From the NCBI GenBank assembly GCA_963674865.2, contig CAXXYE010000003.1, forward strand, positions 320,001 through 384,000: 64,000 nucleotides of DNA, written 5' to 3'. Position 1 is the first letter of the stretch. Each line of letters starts with the position of its first letter. The stretch is from Candidatus Hydrogenedentota bacterium (GTDB lineage: Bacteria > Hydrogenedentota > Hydrogenedentia > Hydrogenedentales > SLHB01). Of the stretch, positions 61,059 through 64,000 are shown in pieces. A model generated the notes under the pieces. The model ran no database searches, was not told the origin of the DNA, and saw only the letters and a program-made list of their open reading frames with translations. The position numbers and the translations under genes were made by a program.

Positions 61059-61469
61059 CTAGAAGTTTGAGCACTTTGCGATATTGTGTGAGCCCTGGTC
61101 GCTGCCGAACTCACCACATCCACAATTGTAGGACGGATTCTGACTAGTGACGCACTCCGCATTGTAGGACTTGGAGCATGTCAGATAGTAGGCGGTAGTA
61201 TCACACTGATCGTTTTGTGTCCCGGTGTAGGAACAGACAGGGCTACTACCAGTACCGTCCACTTTGGTGCATGTTCCCGAGCATTCCTCACCGTCGTATG
61301 AACACCCCTCGAACTCCCCGTCGTCGTCAACGAGGATTGTCCCGTCACTGCACATGAACTCATCATCGCACTCGCTCTTACAGATGTAGGCGACGGCACT
61401 CGTGAACGATATGGAAAAGAGTCCAACGACGATACAAACTGTTGCAGCATGTCTAGGCTTAGTCTTCAT
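61059..61469 (-). CDS. Small secreted cysteine-rich protein (13 Cys in the ~109-aa mature part)
   Basis: AAGGA RBS; Sec-type signal ending SAVA; acidic, Ser/Thr/Gly/Cys-rich mature region; first gene of a co-directional trio. Confidence 0.7.
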   Translation of the reverse strand: MKTKPRHAATVCIVVGLFSISFTSAVAYICKSECDDEFMCSDGTILVDDDGEFEGCSYDGEECSGTCTKVDGTGSSPVCSYTGTQNDQCDTTAYYLTCSKSYNAECVTSQNPSYNCGCGEFGSDQGSHNIAKCSNF

Positions 61470-62058
61470 GATGTCCTTTCCCTTTCCTTACACGGTGGAA
61501 TATACCCACAAAGAGGAGAACACTGCTGTGGCCCCCATGCGTCCTTGGAGCCCCTTCGTCCCGCCGCCATAGCTTATCGTGGATCTCTGAAACTCGACTC
61601 TTTCCTATGTGAGCCTTTCCTCCAAGAGGAGGGATTTCATAGCAACTCCGGACTATTAATAGTGTATCATGTGCTGATAGAAAGTATGTCAGTCATGAGC
61701 TAGAATGACCGTAGGAGCACATCCTACAAAGACTGCCCCCGAGTACAGCTCCGAGGCCGCATTCAGTGCAGTAGGGCCTGGGCCTCACTCCGATCTTGCT
61801 CCACCCGGTGGATTGCAGTCCGGGCTTCCTGGGCCCCCTTGGTTGTGCCCGAGTCGGGCGTACTCTGCAGGGGCATGGTTCCCTGGGGAACCATGGGGTC
61901 GAACTTCATCGTCGTCCATTCGCAAGGGGCCAAGGCTTCTCAAGGAGACGGTGCCCCGCGACGGGTTTCGCCGATACCTCGGGCACATCAACGTGCAGGT
62001 AGTCACGGAACACTGACTGCCTTTGGCCGTGGCACCGGTGTCTCGGACCGTGGAATCG

Positions 62059-62229
62059 GGCTATTCTCCCGGCGAAAAGGAGAGTCCGTCTAGGGGATTA
62101 CGCTCAAGGTCCACGAACCGCATGGAGAATCCCCACATCCCTTTGCGGTTGCAGCACTTGACTCGGATGGGCGTGTCCCCGGCGGGGAGTGTCACGGGCA
62201 CGGCCTCTTCGTCCCGGTTCAGGCCGTTG
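62059..62229 (-). repeat. 171-bp direct repeat: in-gene copy
   Basis: See 58734-58904. Confidence 0.92.
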
Positions 62230-63788
62230 ACGCCCTCGAATCGGGCCACCTCCTTGTCGCCGAACCACACGAGGAGGTCGTCATCGCGGCCGAGGAGCAT
62301 CAGCGCCTGTTGCTCGATGGGGCTGGTGACGGTGCACACGGCGTAGGCGGCGGTTCCGGCGGTGTAGGCGTGAGGGCCTTGGAGTTCGCCCAAGGCGACG
62401 ACGCCCCATTGCGTCGGCCGCTTGAGCCAGCGCACCGGGCCGGACCTGCCCTCATGGACTGCCTCCAAGTCCCAATGGCCTTCCGGCGGGTGAACCGCAG
62501 CAAGATAGCCGCGATTGGGATCATCAAGCGGCCCGATGACGTACCACGCCGGGATGATTCCGGGGATTGGCCCCGGCGTCTCCCAGATCCCTTTAGGCTG
62601 GACGCGCGCTTGGGCCATCGCCTCAGGTTCGGGCGATACTTCGAGGGCGCCCGTATCGAGGACCTCCTGGTGGACTTCGCGCAACACGTCCTGGACGGCC
62701 TCACTGTCCGCCCACCCTTTGTATGTGCTCGGGTGATGGCATAGGAACGTGATCAAGCCGCAGGCGCCTTCCCGGACGAAATCCTCCATCTGCTCGCGAA
62801 GTTGCTGCCGGGTCGGCTCGCCACCGAAGCCTTCGCCCCAGAATGTCTGGAAGATCCCCGCGAATGGAATGCCCGGCACCCGCGCACGGGCCGTGGCCAG
62901 CATCCACTGGACTTTGTGGCTGATCAGGAGGCGGTTGTAGCCGCTGTCGCTGATGGGATACCAGTAGATGAGCATGAGGTCGCAGACGCCCGGCCCGAAG
63001 TTGGCCAGCGCCCCATCGCTCCCGAATCCGGCGCAGATGGGCCGGTGTTCGGAATCGCCTTCGACGCGGCGGACGGTTTGGTACAGGGCGCGAAGGGCGG
63101 AGATGGCGTCGCCCGGACTGTCATCGAGGACATAGTAGCCCCAGAGATTGGGTGAGTCCTTGACCTCGGCGACATCCTTCGCGCAGGCTTCGGGATTGAA
63201 GAGGATGATGCCTTCATGGTGCGCCGCGGGCGAGGTGTCGTCCGCGCCTCGTGTGCATCCGACAAGCGCCTCCGGTGTGAACCGCTCGTAGCGGATGAGT
63301 TCATCCTCGATCTGGACGGCACCGCCGTCCTCGGGGAGCGTGCCGCCGCGCTTCGGATCGAGGGGAATCTCCGTCTGCTCCGCCGAAATGGCAGAGGCGA
63401 GGCGGGGGGTGCCGTGGATATGCTTCGTAAGGTGATAGAGAACCTTGATGCCGTTCTCGAGCATGAAGGCTCCTTGGGGGGACGCCGGATCGAGATGTTC
63501 GCGGTCGCCGATAACCATATTCATGCCGACCTCGTTGACGAGTTCGAGGTCCTCAAGTGATTCGGCGACGTACGTGCCCAAGAGCGGCTTTCCGTCAACG
63601 GTGCAGCGCGGATCGAGTTTCATCACATCTCCCTCCAAGGCGCCAACCGGCGCGCTCGCCGCCATGGCGAGGCACGCCAACAGCGCGAGCCCCACAGCGC
63701 CCTGCCTGTATTTCGACAATATGGGCAGTACCTTCACGCTTCTGATCCAAGTCTTGTTCATTTGAGAGTTCTTCCCACCTAATCTCAA
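62061..63788 (-). CDS. Secreted hypothetical glycoside-hydrolase-like TIM-barrel protein with a C-terminal PA14-like beta domain
   Basis: Signal-like hydrophobic stretch; LWGYYVLDDSP and YWYP; WYVIGP...AYA...LGRDDDLLVW...WGFSMRF. Start uncertain (63788, 63761 or later). Confidence 0.6.
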   Translation of the reverse strand: MRLGGKNSQMNKTWIRSVKVLPILSKYRQGAVGLALLACLAMAASAPVGALEGDVMKLDPRCTVDGKPLLGTYVAESLEDLELVNEVGMNMVIGDREHLDPASPQGAFMLENGIKVLYHLTKHIHGTPRLASAISAEQTEIPLDPKRGGTLPEDGGAVQIEDELIRYERFTPEALVGCTRGADDTSPAAHHEGIILFNPEACAKDVAEVKDSPNLWGYYVLDDSPGDAISALRALYQTVRRVEGDSEHRPICAGFGSDGALANFGPGVCDLMLIYWYPISDSGYNRLLISHKVQWMLATARARVPGIPFAGIFQTFWGEGFGGEPTRQQLREQMEDFVREGACGLITFLCHHPSTYKGWADSEAVQDVLREVHQEVLDTGALEVSPEPEAMAQARVQPKGIWETPGPIPGIIPAWYVIGPLDDPNRGYLAAVHPPEGHWDLEAVHEGRSGPVRWLKRPTQWGVVALGELQGPHAYTAGTAAYAVCTVTSPIEQQALMLLGRDDDLLVWFGDKEVARFEGVNGLNRDEEAVPVTLPAGDTPIRVKCCNRKGMWGFSMRFVDLERNPLDGLSFSPGE

Positions 63789-64000
63789 GGTAAACCCATA
63801 CTACACGGCCCCAAATCGATGGAAGCGTAGACGCCGCTGCAACCGCGAGTCAAGGGAGGAGCGCGCCCGCATTCATGAACCACCTATACGCACGGCTCAA
63901 GCTGTGCCGTGCGGCACGGCATCGGCGTGCATCTGAGTTCATCTGTGGACTGATTTGGCGCGCGGCGCCACGGACAATCCGGCCATCGGGATCTTGGAAA

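Overview
A high-GC bacterial chromosomal window made mostly of housekeeping and metabolic genes. The gene content is suggestive of Candidatus Hydrogenedentota or a PVC-like lineage, but this is inference only. Nitrogen assimilation dominates: gdhA, a downstream KaiC/RecA-like + PPDK_N gene and a divergent nrpR-type regulator at 1-3.7 kb; a NifA-type GAF-AAA+ sigma54 activator, glnA (with a sigma54 promoter) and gltBD at 38-48 kb; and PTS-EIIA genes plus a fused nfnAB at 50-57 kb. Other genes are T2SS/pilus I-J-K-F-like genes (the J-like gene has two frameshifts), uvrC, tolA/tolB, a SurA/PpiD-type PPIase, tRNA-Arg(CCT), smg-topA-xerC, a Ser/Thr kinase with a CsgG-family gene, and scattered glycan-degradation genes (two GH29, an ARSK-like sulfatase, beta-helix and TIM-barrel enzymes, an SSS symporter). 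The most unusual observations are four. (1) A ~3.15-kb insert at 58.9-62.06 kb is flanked by a 171-bp direct duplication of a gene 3' end and carries a three-gene cassette: a secreted 13-Cys peptide, a membrane-anchored exported protein and a DUF1573-like lipoprotein. (2) A 127-bp dispersed element with a long internal stem occurs in three copies. (3) A CTAC-N6-GTAG motif is a candidate binding site for the sigma54 activator of glnA. (4) An EIIA/P-II-like fusion is coupled to a cation/proton antiporter. All family assignments come from motif recognition; no searches were run.
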